This document shows positions 40,410 through 59,869 of a stretch of DNA of 64,000 nt, piece after piece. The first letter of the stretch is position 1. Every line of letters starts with the position of its first letter. Below the pieces are notes generated by a model that was not told the DNA's origin, made no database searches, and saw only the letters and a list, made by a program, of their open reading frames with translations. Position numbers and translations under genes: made by a program. The DNA comes from Bigelowiella natans CCMP2755. Lineage: Eukaryota > Protista > Cercozoa. Location: positions 7,376 to 71,375 of the forward strand of contig ADNK01001512.1 in assembly GCA_000320545.1 (NCBI GenBank), read 5' to 3'.

Positions 40410-41087
40410 ATGTCAAGAAAAAGAAGATGGAGAAAGCATCAAGTGAGACGACGATTGAAAACGGCAAATGAATAAGGATACGATGAAGCCGACCACACGT
40501 TATAATAGAGGTCCAGGCAGTAGATGTGGTGGCGTGTCCGCTACTGCAGCACGCACGCACACACGCACACACGCACACACGCACACAAACCTGTATCCTT
40601 GTTCTTCGCATTCGATCAAGAAGCTTTGTCTTCCCGGTATCAACGTGACCCATCACGCAGCATATTGGAGATCGCAGATTATGCTCTTGTTGGGGGAGGG
40701 TGGTGGCTGAGGAAGCTGAAGGGGAACCATCAATTGCCTTCTTCCCTCTCTCACCTCCCCCTCCACCTCCTCGCATTCTCATCATCATCGTCGTTGCAGA
40801 AGGAACAGCGGAGGTGGTTATCCCGTCCTCACCCCGTCCTTCTGCTTCTCTTTTAGCAATATCTCCTCCTCCTCCTCGTCGCTGCTGCTGCCGTCGCACG
40901 TTGTCTAATCTCTGCCGTCTTTGTTCTCTTAAGTCATGGAGGGGATCCATGTTCTTCTGCATTGCCTCTGCAAAGCTCTTCTTACGTTTGATCTCTACTT
41001 GAGGCCTTCGTCCCATAAACAAGTCGTATCTATCTGCCACTAGCTTCTTCCATAGATCTAGCTGTTGAACGTAAGACCGCCCAAGCT
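32815..41087 (-). CDS. EIF5B: Eukaryotic translation initiation factor 5B (GTPase), about 25 exons
   Basis: [43 protein letters not shown]|[21 protein letters not shown]|[13 protein letters not shown]|[55 protein letters not shown], ..KLKRLFKLF* (stop 32815). Confidence 0.95.
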
Positions 41088-41194
41088 GTGCATTGAAGAA
41101 GAATTTTGAGAGGATGGTGAGAGATGATGAGAGATGATGAAAGAAAACACAATTGTAGTCGTAGTGTAGTCATAGTAATAATAGTAGTCGCACC

Positions 41195-42506
41195 AAGGTT
41201 TGTGGAGGATTTCCTACGCCTATGATGATATCGCCCTGCAACAACAACAATAACAACAACAACAACAACAATACATCATCATCGTCATCATTTTGTGCTG
41301 TACCACCATAACATTCGAGAACTCTTCAACTGCAAATAGCTTGATCACAAGGACGGACAAACGATGGTTGCTGATGCTGCATGTAAGTATGCACCTCCTT
41401 AATATTATCCTGCCCTGGTACCCTATGGACCTTCGTGACCTACACGGTACAGAGAATAAACACAGAGAACAAAAATAGCAAACATACAATCAGCAGAGAA
41501 GTCGTATCGAAACGACATGAAAGTATTTGTTGGTTGTGAATAATACTGTTATGGTTCATTTTGGCTGCTAATCTAGTCTTAGTGCTGCGGTACTACAATA
41601 ACTCACCTCCCATCCCATGGGCTTGCGATTTAGCGTGGAATGACGGCAGAGCAACACACGAAATAAGACCAATTAACACCAAAGAAGAAGTAGTATCAGG
41701 GGTACTAGGCTTTTTATAACGACTTCTTCATTCTTGCTATTGTTTGATTATTATGCCCCTCTTCCTTTCCATCCCCCCCCCCCCCCCCCTCTTTCTCTTT
41801 CTAACTGATGCCTTTGATGAGTTCATCATCGTGGATATTACGACCACCATCTACTAGAATCTACGAAACAACTCGAATATATGGTTGTATAGGCGTGTGT
41901 GTCATGAAATGTTTAGCGCGATGATATTTCCATCAATGCTGCATAGAATGTACTGCTCATTCACCCACCCCCCAACTGAAGTCCAAGCCTGCTTTTGTAT
42001 CCGGCGTTAAATTGAGCTCTACCATCTGAGAGAGTAGGGAACAAACGTGTAGTAATCACTGTTATTAGTACCATGGCGTGGGTTGGGAGCTTTCATCGCT
42101 CCGATAAAACGAATGTGCTTCTACTATTACTTCTACTACTACTACTACTACCAAAATACTGACCACATACATAAATACGGAGCAGCAGTAGCCGTAGTGT
42201 GAAAAGTAATCTTACTCACCAAATAGTCCATTTCATCATCACTATTTTCCTCAGGTAGTTCCCGTATATGTTGTACTCCTTCCGCCTAATGGTTGTTGGA
42301 CAACATCTGCATTATGCTCACAGGAATCAATCAAGTCTCCGTAGCCATTGCATCATCAATAATCATTTGCTTATAAACGTGGAGAATCAATCGGTGTAGT
42401 ATTCGTGAGGAGGCGGTTGTAGATTCGACTAACGTTGGAATGTAGTATTGATGTATTCTTTATTTGTTCAATATTCATGTTATTCCAAATAAAGGTCACG
42501 GCCTCT

Positions 42507-42577
<71 letters not shown>

Positions 42578-43083
42578 ACAGACAGACAAACACACACCTG
42601 TGGTAGGTGCATCATGTTGGCCTTCAATTGCCTAAGATATAATAGCAACAACAACAAAAACAACAACAACAACAATAATAATAATAATAATAATAATGAT
42701 AATAACATATAAGCGCCTTTTCCCTTCTAATCCTCTTTCTCCTTCTCCTTCTATCTCTCTCCGCTCATATTCCTTGCGAAAGGCAGAGAATCAAGCAGCA
42801 CTGGACGGATATGTGTTGGATTTGGTGGCGGTGTTATTGTAATTGTTGTTCATAATGATGGTGGTCATATATGTCAATCAACTCACAGTCGTAGGGCTTT
42901 AGATTTTGCTTTCTCCTTTTTCGTAAAAGGATCATAATCGTTCCATCGCTTTAACATCTATTATTCAACGAATGAATAAATACATACATATACATGGTAT
43001 GAACGACACTTGTCAACACCTCATTTCTTTTTTGCAAAGCCTCTTCCTTCCTTCCTGCACGTATTTTGGCCAGCTGGGGGTAG

Positions 43084-43123
<40 letters not shown>

Positions 43124-43748
43124 CATAATTGTAAATACTCGATAATGTAAGTCGTTATGCGCATATAATACGTCGGTAAGATACTGCCGTATTGCACATT
43201 TCATCCTCACCATCACCACCATGACCGTCACGACAATTTTAAAGCCCAAACCACCTGCTCTTTGATAGGTCTCTTCGGCACAACAGTCCCCATCACCGTG
43301 ATGTACTCGATAAGCTTACGCTCCTAGGATATAGTGATGGTGATGAGAAAGAAGAATAGCAAGAACAAGACACATCAGGAGGCTGTTGGAGAGGGGTCAG
43401 GGGCGATCAAAGTAGTATAACAGTCTCATATATAGTAGAACCTCTGCAGTAGGCACATCGGGATCCTCCCCCAAATCGTCGTCTCTGTGTAATATGAAAA
43501 AATAAATGGGGAGGAGACAGGGAGGAAGTTACACTCATCAACCGCGCGTGCATGCAAGCAACATCATAGAGGGCTATAGCGCATTGAGGAGGGGAGGTAG
43601 GCTTATTAGAGCAAGAGGAGCTCTTCAAGACGACTTATCGGCCGATGATGATGTGACGATGATGACAGCAACAACGAATCTCCGAGGAGGTAGCGAATAA
43701 GAAGAGGAGTGCGTTGTTGCATGTCCACACACACGCACACACACGCAC

Positions 43749-43784
<36 letters not shown>

Positions 43785-43971
43785 TACATATGCATATAAA
43801 AGGTAATAAATTTATATATTTAGGTACGTGCGAGCGTATAAATAAGAGTGAAGCTGTTAATTAACACCCATCATCCTCATCTTCGGGCAGCTTTGAAATG
43901 AAAGCTTCTAACTCCTCAGGCCCTAATGGAAAACACAGAGGAGGGTTAAGGCTTATTACCTTCTTCGTCAT

Positions 43972-44022
<51 letters not shown>

Positions 44023-44352
44023 CGATCGAGATTTCATAAAACAATGCAACTACCAGGTGACTTGTGGACGGCATCTTCATTGACGCCACTATGCGACGTT
44101 TTCCCTCCTTGTGATGGCCTGAAACGAGCAATGATGAAATCAGCAGACTTGGTTGATCAATATAGGATGATGATTACTTGGCGACCCACACATTATTCGT
44201 ATTGCTTCTTATAGTATATAATAATGTGAGGAGAGAAGTTGTTATTTTCTTCCTCTACTACCTGTGAGTTAGACGCTCGAAGATTGATAACGGGGCATTG
44301 TCATCATCCCTATCATAACAGCACCAGCACCACCAGCACCACCACCATGGTT

Positions 44353-44383
<31 letters not shown>

Positions 44384-46026
44384 CGATGGTGATGATGTGT
44401 GTAATATCACATAGTAGTAACGAAAGGTAGGTTGTTGGTTGCAAAGAAACCCTTCTCCATTTTCCAACGCTCACACGTCTACTTCAAGCTTTTATCTTTG
44501 AATATTCTACTCGTTGTTCTTATTGCTGGTCTTACACGTTTTTCTTCTCCTGCAAACAAAGGACATGTAGTACCGTATATTCATCGTCGCGTTATAATCA
44601 TCACTCGCTTCTGCTCCTTCCTCATCACCGGGGACAATGCCTGGCAATGCATCGTCTCCCTTTCCTGGAGGGAACTTCTGCTGATCTTCCGCCTCAAATT
44701 CTCGCTGCTCAATCTCGTCATCGTCGAGACGTTTCGTGATCTTGTTGAAAATCCCCTCTGCAGCCTCAAATCCTGGATCTGGTCCTGCATGGTATTGTAC
44801 TCAAACGAAAGTAGTAGACTGAACATTGGGAGTGGACGTAACTCTCTGCCAGCAGCATCACTTCCAATACAATATCTACTATTAGTACTACTATTATACC
44901 TGCCATGTCCGGCCTTTGGGATAACGCGAGCTCTTTTTCCTCCTGAATCACCTCTTCTCTGTAGCGCCTCAACGACATATCTTCCTCCAGAAACTGATAT
45001 AGTGATGATGATGATGATGGTGATGACAGCGACATCAGATGATGGGTACTTGCGAAATAGGCTGCAAAATATTTGACTATGATAAAACATCCAAAGTCAA
45101 TGGTGGAACAACACGCCAAACATAGATCATATAAGATACTTCGCCTCACGCGCCGGTTTTTTCTATTTCTCTTTTATTTCCTTTCTCTCCCTCTTTCTTT
45201 CGCTCTATAAACAAATGGGGTCTTTCCCCCTCTCAGATATTCGTGATCATGCAAGGCTATCATAGGAAGAAATAAATACTCTACCTCATCCTCTTCATGA
45301 AGAAACTTCTTCTCCATTCCCATATTTTCGATATACTGCAGCAGCCGCAGGAGTAAAAAGTAAGAGGGGGGTAGTTTAATCAGCACATATTGCAGTACTA
45401 TTTCTATTTCAGCACTTGACTGTCTAGAATGCAACGATTGGAAAGAGAAACCTTGGGGATGATGATGATGATGATAATGATGATGTCATTTTTTGAATCG
45501 TATTAACAACGTAAAGGTTTTGATTAAAAACAACTCGTGAATGTAAGAATGGATTCCTATTATTCTGCGTTGTTCGTCGTTCATACGTCATTTCTTCTCT
45601 TCTTCCTCGCAAGATAGTCTTTCACGCCCTGTGGCAGCCCTTCCACCTTAGAATTCGATGTATGATAAAGACACCACCGTCACTACTGGTGAGGACAGTT
45701 GTAACTAGATTTCTTAGAAGGAAGAAGTACAAGAAGAAGAAGAAGAAGAAGAAGAAGAAGAAGATAGTCGCCGTTGTCCTCTGCTGATCAATTCTCTTTG
45801 CTCCCCCCTCCTTCCCCCCTCCTACCTCGCCAGTATCAGCGTTATATCGAAGCTCTTCAGCCTTTCTCTGCTTTAAGAACTCCTGAGCAGCAGCAGTAGG
45901 ATCAACAAAGCATCATCATCATCATCATCATCATTTGGACCATAATCCTATTGATAGGACATCTAATTCTTCCTTCCTTTGTTCTCATGGGGCAGCGGCG
46001 TGCATGTTTGTTTGTTGTGTGTAGGG

Positions 46027-46071
<45 letters not shown>

Positions 46072-46660
46072 CAATCGCAGTAGTGGCAAGCATGCTAAAG
46101 ACATAATTCGCAGTTGTAGAATGTATCATATCAGGATACTGCCTCCTCCTCTTCCTCCTCATTTATCGTTCTTTCCTACCTACCTACCGGCAGCTAACAA
46201 CTATGGGGGGTTGGTGATGATGATGATATCCGCTGACAACTAGACAGACGAGAAATAGTCGTTATTACTATTTATCATCAACACCTCTAAGGTCATGTTT
46301 TTAGAAGATTGATTTGGGTCATCATGATGATCCTCCATTCCTAGAAAAGCCTTACACTCTTCAAGAGGGACAATATCCTCTGACAAATCAAACAAACGAA
46401 CAGCACCACACATCTCATTTACAATTAACAATACCCAACTCTCTCTCTCTCTCACACACACACAAACATGAACGTACAAGCTTATACTACAATTGCATCA
46501 TTTACCTCTCCTTACGCGCTCACGGAAGAAAGACGACACAAGGTCCTCAGAAGCAGCGGGGTATGCTCCCGCCATCATTTTCTCCAGCAGATTGAAAAAA
46601 ATGCTATACGTTCCATCTGGACGGATGGTGATAATGATGATTATTGACTCGCCGCCATCA

Positions 46661-46695
<35 letters not shown>

Positions 46696-47726
46696 CGCGC
46701 GCGCGTGTGTGCGTATGTCGTTGTGCCGTCCTACGAGGTGACTAGAATTTCATTGGCTCATCGTTCCTTTAATTCTATAGTAGCTATGATTTTTTTGCTG
46801 TATATGCTGCAGGGAAAGCTTGCTTATTCGGTGTTAATGTTTCTTATTGTTCACAACAGCACAACAATGATGCATCGAACCGCCGTTGATTTTCCCGACA
46901 AAGCCAAAGAGATGATCGTCTGAGTCCAACACCAATGAACACAAGAAGAAGAAGAACAACACAAGAAAAGAAACAGAGGAGACTTATGTTGGTATTTTGA
47001 TGAATAATGCTATGGAGAGGGGGGGGGTTAAAGAAAAGGAACTTACTTAGGGCGTCATTCCAGGCCATCACCTCCTCTCCAACTCGCAGCTAAGAAGGAA
47101 GGAAGGAAGAAAATACATCATTCGCAGTAGTACCCACCATAACTTAGAAGAAGAAGATGATGAAGAAGATGATGACATTAATCTCGCATCGTTGTCACAT
47201 CGTTATCATGACTTTGACACGCATACTCGCACACATCGAGTGAGGATGCGAAGAAGGAAGAAAAAGCGTGTTGGAAATGAAAGTGCAAGTAGTAGTAGTA
47301 GCAGTAACTGTAAACTCTGCTGCTCTCTCTCCCCTCCCCTGGTCTTCTACCCATTCAAATATATTCGATGCTTCTTTCCTTTCTTACGTATTCTATACTG
47401 TTTTACATAGTCATCTTGAAGTATGCGTCCTCTCTCCATCTTGGAGAACTTTTTCGTTCTTTCTTCCCTGTCTTTCTCCTCTTCTTCTGCTGTTCCTTTT
47501 TCATGCAATTCTTCCTTCAGGATCTTGAGAACTTCTGTCGGCTCCAACCTGCTCTCCAACAAATCAACAACAGCCCTCGTTAATTAAAAAAAATAAGATA
47601 CTTGCCAATGATAGGCGTTTCTACACGTAGCAGCAGCAGCAGCAGCAGCATAGCCTAAATCTGAGCTAGATTGTACGTCGTACGACGGGTGAGCGTGCCG
47701 CACAATTACAACTACAACTGCTACCC

Positions 47727-47763
<37 letters not shown>

Positions 47764-47823
47764 CTACTACTACTTGCTATTACCGATACAGATTTAAGGA
47801 GCAATTCGTGCATTGAACTCTAG

Positions 47824-47864
<41 letters not shown>

Positions 47865-48521
47865 CGGCAATAATATAAATAACGACATAGAATATGATGA
47901 AGAGGTATCTTGCTCGTCATCAAAGATTATGTATTCTGATTACTTGTGATATGGACAACAACACCAAGAATTGGGCATCATCAAATGTGTGTGCATGGTG
48001 TGCAGAGAGAAAAGGGAAATGTGTGCGTCTGCGTTTAATACACTGAAGAACAGGATGATTTGTATAGCTTACCTGTAGTTTCTGTCACGGCCACAACTAG
48101 GGCATTCCCACCTAGAAGAAGAAGAAGAAGAAGAAGAAGGAAGAGGAGGAGGAAAAATCGTCTTATGTTAGACTAGTTCCATCAGTATCATGTTGTGCGA
48201 ACACGTACATATTACATACACGACGCACACGCACATGCATATATTACAAGCATATATTTCTTTTGTATGGGAAACATGATCATCGAACATGCATCATGTG
48301 TGTTAGTTAGTTAGTTAGCAGGTAGTAAGAGGCTACTTACTTCGGAAGGTATAGCTCATCCACCGTAGTGTTGATGGGTATCTGCCCTCTTCGCCTATTA
48401 AAAGGCGGATTACGGTCCATTTTATAGTGCTACTTCTTCTACTACTTCTACTACTACATCTACTACTACATTTGCTTTCTCAGCTTTCGCTCTTCCGAGT
48501 CGGTGTCCACCTATTTGTTGT

Positions 48522-48573
<52 letters not shown>

Positions 48574-48644
48574 AAACACACACACCACGTGCATATAGCA
48601 GTATTATTTGGATTATGATGGAATAGGTATGAATATGGTAAGTA

Positions 48645-48698
<54 letters not shown>

Positions 48699-49227
48699 TT
48701 TTAATTGTACACACACTAACGTAATGCATGCTAAGTAGAGCGACAACCTCTGGATAAAACCCTGTGGCAGCTGGTCCCAATCCAACCTCATCATCACCTA
48801 TGATTTGCATTTGCAGCAGCATTTATTATGTTAGCGAAGGAGCACCACCCAGCAGTGTGTTTGTGCAGCCAACATGAAAGCAAAGAGAATATGAAGAAGA
48901 AACATAAGAACACAAGAAGAACACCAACGCTGAACCGGCAAAATGCACACCTCCTCGACTGCATGTGTTGGTAAATTACCATATTCGTCCAGATTCAACT
49001 CCTCTCCCTTCTCAAGCTCGTATCCTGGAGCAAATTTTGCCGTGCGACCTGTATCAACGGCTTTGTTCCCACCGACATTGTCCATCCATCTAGAAGTGGT
49101 AGGCGTAGTAGTATTAGTAGTAGTAGCAGCAGCAGCAGGTAGAGTGAGTGGTGGTCACACGAGCAAGATGAAGAAGGAGGAGGAGGAGGAAAGGTTTTAG
49201 GGTTTTGAAGCATCGTAATTGTGCTTT

Positions 49228-49272
<45 letters not shown>

Positions 49273-50416
49273 AATTGATATCAGTTATAGCGAAACAAAT
49301 TTCACAGTGTCATTGTAAACGTAGAGTAAATCTTCTGTGTTGTCCATACGAGAGAGGGTCTTCCTCCAAGTCCTGCCAGGACGATATCAAAACAATGAGT
49401 GAGTATTGGAATGTAAATATATTGCTGTATGTGTTTTTTGGTGACGCTCTTTAGATATCCTTTTAGGCGTCATTGGGGTACATAAGCCTCTCCCTCTCTC
49501 CCTTCCCCCGCCCGCCCCCCCTTCTTTCACATTCGCTGATAAACAATTATTTAAGTAAAATCTTTCGGAATGCTGTTGAATGTCTACTGCCTACTGATAA
49601 TTTGCAGCTACGGATAAAGCAAATGTATGATACCTCCGGCTGCAAATATTGCTCCTTTGGCTGCAGAATCGACTCCATGCCCTACGTGCAACATGTGTAA
49701 ATGTCACAAACAAATCGCTGCTGTCGCGAGCTTGCTTGTCCCAAGTATGAACTAATAACAATTTGCTGCTAGTAAGATCATCACCATCATCGTCACCATG
49801 ATCACCACCTCAACATATTGAAAGGGCCTCGTCAACGAGCGCTTCTGTGCACGACCGCCTCTGAGCCCTAATAATAATAATAATAATAACACAGCATCAT
49901 GTATGTATAAAATTGGGACGGGGGAGTACTGGTTCTTCATTGGGCAGTAGTGTCGATTGTCATTTACCCCCAGAAATATATGTTAACCATCATTAACATA
50001 CGAGCAACTCCAACTGCTCGTCCATCATCATCATCCATCAATCTCACTATTCATTCATCACCCGAGATCATCTTCGTGAACTTGGAGGAGGGGGAAGGGG
50101 GGGAAGAGGAGAGTAAAAGCTGTTCCTTGCCCGTCGAGGAGTGCCCGAACGAAGGGAAAGAGTTGCACCCTGAGGCGGAGTTTCCAATGCCACCACCACC
50201 ACCACCTCGAGAAGCGACAATGATCCCTAAGCAGGTCACAATGGCCGCTGCACAACGCAGTTAGCCCAGGGGAGGAGGAGGAGGAGAAGGAAGAGGAGGG
50301 AGAGGGAGGAGTGTGAAGCCATGAATAAAATAAATTACACAAAAACACACACATAAACACAAAACGCTCTGTGCTATGCTACCGGTTCTGGTCCCGAGGC
50401 GGCGCGGCGGCGCCAT
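41195..50416 (-). CDS. Long multi-exon coding region (signal-like leader, RanBP2-like Zn ribbon, acidic/coiled segments, PDZ-like), probably the N-terminal extension of the eIF5B gene
   Basis: ATG 50416 MAPPRRLGTRT|AAIVTCLGIIVAS, S/P-rich stretch, ISG|LRGG. WECPSCGRDRNYR|VQCTNC (48111-47786). VELNLTPDTKAGLDFSWG, VTKVHRVPG, GDIIIGVG (42026-41195). The last exon lies ~105 bp upstream of the open eIF5B exon. Confidence 0.6.
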
Positions 50417-50662
50417 TCTCCACCGACGCTCTCCTTTCTGGTCTGGCCTGGATCTGCCACTACTACATGTATCGATGTGTTTTTCGACCCTGAAACTTCA
50501 TAAATATTTTTTCCATTCGACATATGAACACTGATGTAGAAATAAGTGAACACAAGGAGCATTTAATTTGACATACTGGTATACGAGAAACTACTAATAA
50601 AAATTGTTTCCGGGATCCAAAACACAAATTATCGGAATCCAAGAGGACCGACATCCGTCACA
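50417..50662. promoter_or_regulatory. Putative bidirectional promoter (~250 bp)
   Basis: Divergent ATGs at 50416 (-) and 50663 (+). Confidence 0.55.
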
Positions 50663-55871
<5,209 letters not shown>

Positions 55872-55939
55872 CAATCGACGTCCAACGTTATTATCTGAAA
55901 TTAGTATTTGGATTGCTCTGTCATAGGAGGCTAGGCCAG

Positions 55940-57060
55940 TGAGCAGCGTGATGTATAGAAATGAGACTCGTGGTCATTAGCTACTATTTTATCTTGAATG
56001 AATCGCTTGATGCATACTGTGGTGCGTTTCTCGTTCATCGCTACTGAAGTCTCCGTCGTGCATGATGTCGCTAGCAAGCAAACCCAAGCTTCACAAATGA
56101 TTTGTGAGACGGGTGTGATGAAATTATTCAATCTTTTCAATGGTCGTCATCCTAATGTAGCTATCATCACTTGTGAGAGTGCCACAGTCATTATTGTTAT
56201 GATTCTTTTCATGCCACGTTGGATCATTTTCATGTGGGCGCATTCTCATGGGAACGCGGACGATGTGCACGCAATATTGCATTGCTTGACGCACAATGTT
56301 GCGTGCACATGGGCACAATTACATGCAAGAGAAAAACGTTTTGCACTCAGGCAGTCAGGCAAAAATTTCCCGTTCAGTTGCGCGAAGACGTGGTGCAATG
56401 GGAGCGATTTGGCATGCGCGACTCATCAGGTGATTTCAGTCATTGGAGATGGGTCGGCAGTCGTCGAACCGCTGCAGGCGCAGCGAAGCCCCCTTAGCCC
56501 CCCAGCCTGCGCATTCCAGCATTGTTCATGCAACAAGTTGTTTATTCAGCACAGCGAATCATTTTGAGTGCATCCAACGTGCGCATTGCAAATCATTGAA
56601 CAATCCAACGTGCCATGGGCTGGGCTGGCGTTGTCCATGGCTAGACACGATGGGCTTTCGTTAGCGCAGGAGCGTTTAGCTCGTTTTCTCCGTTCACAAT
56701 AATCAATGAACACCATTTCGCTACATTGAACATGCATGTGAATCGAGGTTGTTATACGCCACAATTGTGGTCCCAAATGCGCAAAGTGCCAGCATGTAGC
56801 GTTCATCATTGCACATGCCTATGGATGCAGCGGTGAGCGTGCTACAGCGTGCATGGTAGAAAAAGAGAGAAATCACGTGCCGCGCGTTGCAATTACATGA
56901 TGCACATCATGCAAATGGTACATGTGTGTAGTACATGACACATGTGTGCATTTATCTTACACGCAGCATATGACCGCCCTGCGTACGTAGTGCAGCGTGT
57001 GTCGGACCTGCCTGCGATGCGCCATAGCATAGCTATATTTATGCCACTAGCCGCCAACGA
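55940..57060. repeat. TpA-depleted repeat island
   Basis: CA/TG-rich core ~56170-56900. Contains a less-mutated inverted copy (56103-56165) of the 12666/32532 element. Confidence 0.8.
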
Positions 57061-57147
57061 TTCAATGTATTCAGTCACATACTCAGTTAAATGCCTGGTG
57101 ATAAAATAATATACAATTTCTAATACGGCACACTAACTAATCAGGAT

Positions 57148-59750
57148 TTAGAGCCCTTTTCTCGACGCCTCAATAATTTCTCGTATGGCCATTGCCCATC
57201 TCTTGCCAAGGGGTATATCTAAAGATTTGAACGATACGTCCTTTGACTCCGACGTTATGGTGACCACAATCTCCTTGTCTTGCTTTATATCTGATCAAAA
57301 TGTGCATACAAGTGTGTATACGTGGGTGCGTACGTACGTAAATACGTGTGTCCGATAAACGGGTTAGCTACTAGAAAAAGAACACCATATTTGGCCGCGT
57401 ATCTAAATTTTTAAATAATTTTAATTCATGGATCGAGTACTTATTTGTAGTAGAATACATTGCAGAAAACATCCAAAAGTTGACGGCATTGGACCAAGGA
57501 CAACAATCTTCTCATTATTCAAAGCTTGTTAATTTGCTACTACCTTCGATGACGCTTATCATCTCGTGTACCATGATGAAGCCCTTTGCTGACTTTTTGG
57601 ATGATCCCCACAAGATTCTATTGAGATTGTTTGGAAACCAAATGAATTTCTTTCCACCAAACAACCCAATGCTGCCAAAGCCTTCACCTAATGTATAAGA
57701 ATGGTAAGAAACCAAATTTATCACGCTTACAAGAAAGAGGCCATCAATGAGCAGCGGGAGGTTTTACATAAAATGACTTTCCCTCATCACCTGGACTTCT
57801 CCTCCCCTCCGCCTATTCTCTCATCGTGAATAACTTTATTCGTTAAATTGTTTCATTTTGGTTTTCGAAACGCATCCTCCCTCCCTCTGCTGGACCATAT
57901 TCTCTCCTCACATTGTTTTTTGCCCCATCTTTGAACAACCACAATATTGACTAGAAATATACATATATTCTTGGTGCCACTGACTGCTGCTATCAGTGAC
58001 GACAGCATCATTGGTAAGTAGACACACAACCTTCAGTAAGCATCTTCAACTGCTGTTCCCTTTTCGTGAGCGGCTCTTCTACTGCCATTTCTCCGCCATC
58101 TCTACTAGTCTTGCTTTCGACTTCCTCATCATCGGCGATTGGGACACCATTCTGGCCACAATTGTTTCATAGTTTTATACCATCATTGCTCATCATGCAA
58201 TTTAATGAGAGAGTTGAGATTGGTTTCTCCTGCAACACGGCTAATACTACTACGGTTGTGTGAGATAATTCACCTTCCTCACATCGAGCAATTCCTTATG
58301 CCACTTTTCCAACTCTTCGTTGCTATCAGCCCGAAAGTAGTAAGTCTTTTTCGAGTTCTGGATCTTCAACTCTCCATTTCCCAGTTTCATCTTCAGACTG
58401 GGATCTGTAATCGATATGATGCATAAGAAGAAGAAGGAAGGCGAAGAAGGCTAAATGAAGGAAAAAGCTCTTGAAACGCAGGTCAGAAACTTTTATGTTG
58501 TGCGTGACGACACTCCTTCAAAACAAGCCGAGAAGCGCAATGGCATGCGCAGGCCATGTGCTCCGAGCGCAGATGTTTTCACATAGAAAAAACGACCACA
58601 TTCAGATGCACATTCAACTGTAACGGTGTAGGTGTTGCGTGAGAGATACGAGTATATGATGGAAAATGCAACGGATGATAGAAATCTCACCGAGTAGGTC
58701 CAGGCTATTTTGAGGTTTTTTCTCCTAAAAAAGGTAGAGTTGCCAATTCAATATTCTTCCACAGAATATGGAGAAACTTTATTTAACACACACATCATGC
58801 GACTCAAATGAAAATCGCAACATAAAGGCCATCATTATTCTCGAAAAAGTTCCAGACATTCAATTACGGAAGCTTTAGAAATTGCATGCTCGTTTATTAT
58901 CGATCTCTCACACTCTTGAAATTTTAATATATTCTTCGCACGGTCTTTGCACTCAAGCTGACCTTCTTGCTCTTGTACCATAGCAGCTCTTCTCCATGTA
59001 GGATAACAAATCTCTCGCGCCATGCGCGTGATGTCCATGTATCACCTCGCTTGCGCAGTTTTCCTGTTTTCTACATGGGAAAGCAGTATACGTATAAGCA
59101 AATGAAACAACCGCAAGCACTCAAAAGCAAATCCTTGCTGCAATCAGCACCTTGATTTTTTTAAGATCATCGTGCTTCTTTATCTTAATTGAAGGCGACC
59201 CGCTCCGTGAGCGAGCTCCCCGCGCTTCGCTCATTGTGGTAGGCGTTCGGCCTTTTCTACCAGCTCTCGGGGCCCTTCTTTCACGACTTGGAGGAATTAC
59301 ACCCTCTGAAGCTGTCCTCCGTAAATTCTGGGAGGAAGATGTTGAGGAGGAGGAGACTATGTTCATCCTCTTGCCCTCAGACATGATATCTGGATATTGA
59401 TATTCACTGAAAGCTCTTCCCTTTTCGTAATCCCCCTCGGCTCCAAAGACCTGCCTGTCCAAAGGTCTCCTCTATGCCGCTATTGAGACACGAGGCGGAA
59501 GATCTTGGATACAATCATAAAAGTTATTTCAGAATAATTTGTTTTCACTTGCAGCATTCAATGTTTTTTACAACCTGGTGGTGGGGGGATCCTTGTTCCT
59601 TGTTCTCTTCCCAGCTTCCTGATAACTTATAAGAACAATGCCCTATATTCGTTGTCGCAAGGATAAAATAGAACTTATTTATATCATCATTTCATTCTGT
59701 TACACTTAGGCGTTACAGGTACAACGTCTACAGAAGATTTCCATTTCCTG
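57148..59750 (-). CDS. Tandem PH-domain protein, multi-exon; start uncertain
   Basis: KTGKLRKRG; KKTYYFRADSNEELEKWHKELLDV (PH C-helix); KKFIWF..NRILWGSSKK..GFIMVHEMISVIEG; KDVSFKS..GKRWAMAIREII..GL*. Confidence 0.7.
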
Positions 59751-59869
59751 GATTTTGTCTATTTTTTGGATGCGTCATGGGAATGAGGGTTGCGTTAGGA
59801 AACGGATCCTCCTGCTTTTTACCGTTGCGCCATTTGCGTTTCATGTCAGATTTTCGCATGATTTGTTGT

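Noticed and set aside
44432-45090. 214-aa (+) and 169-aa (-) ORFs
   Set aside because: The GT/GC-AG-bounded exons read in other minus frames (FLEEDMSLRR.., GPDPGFEAAEG..).
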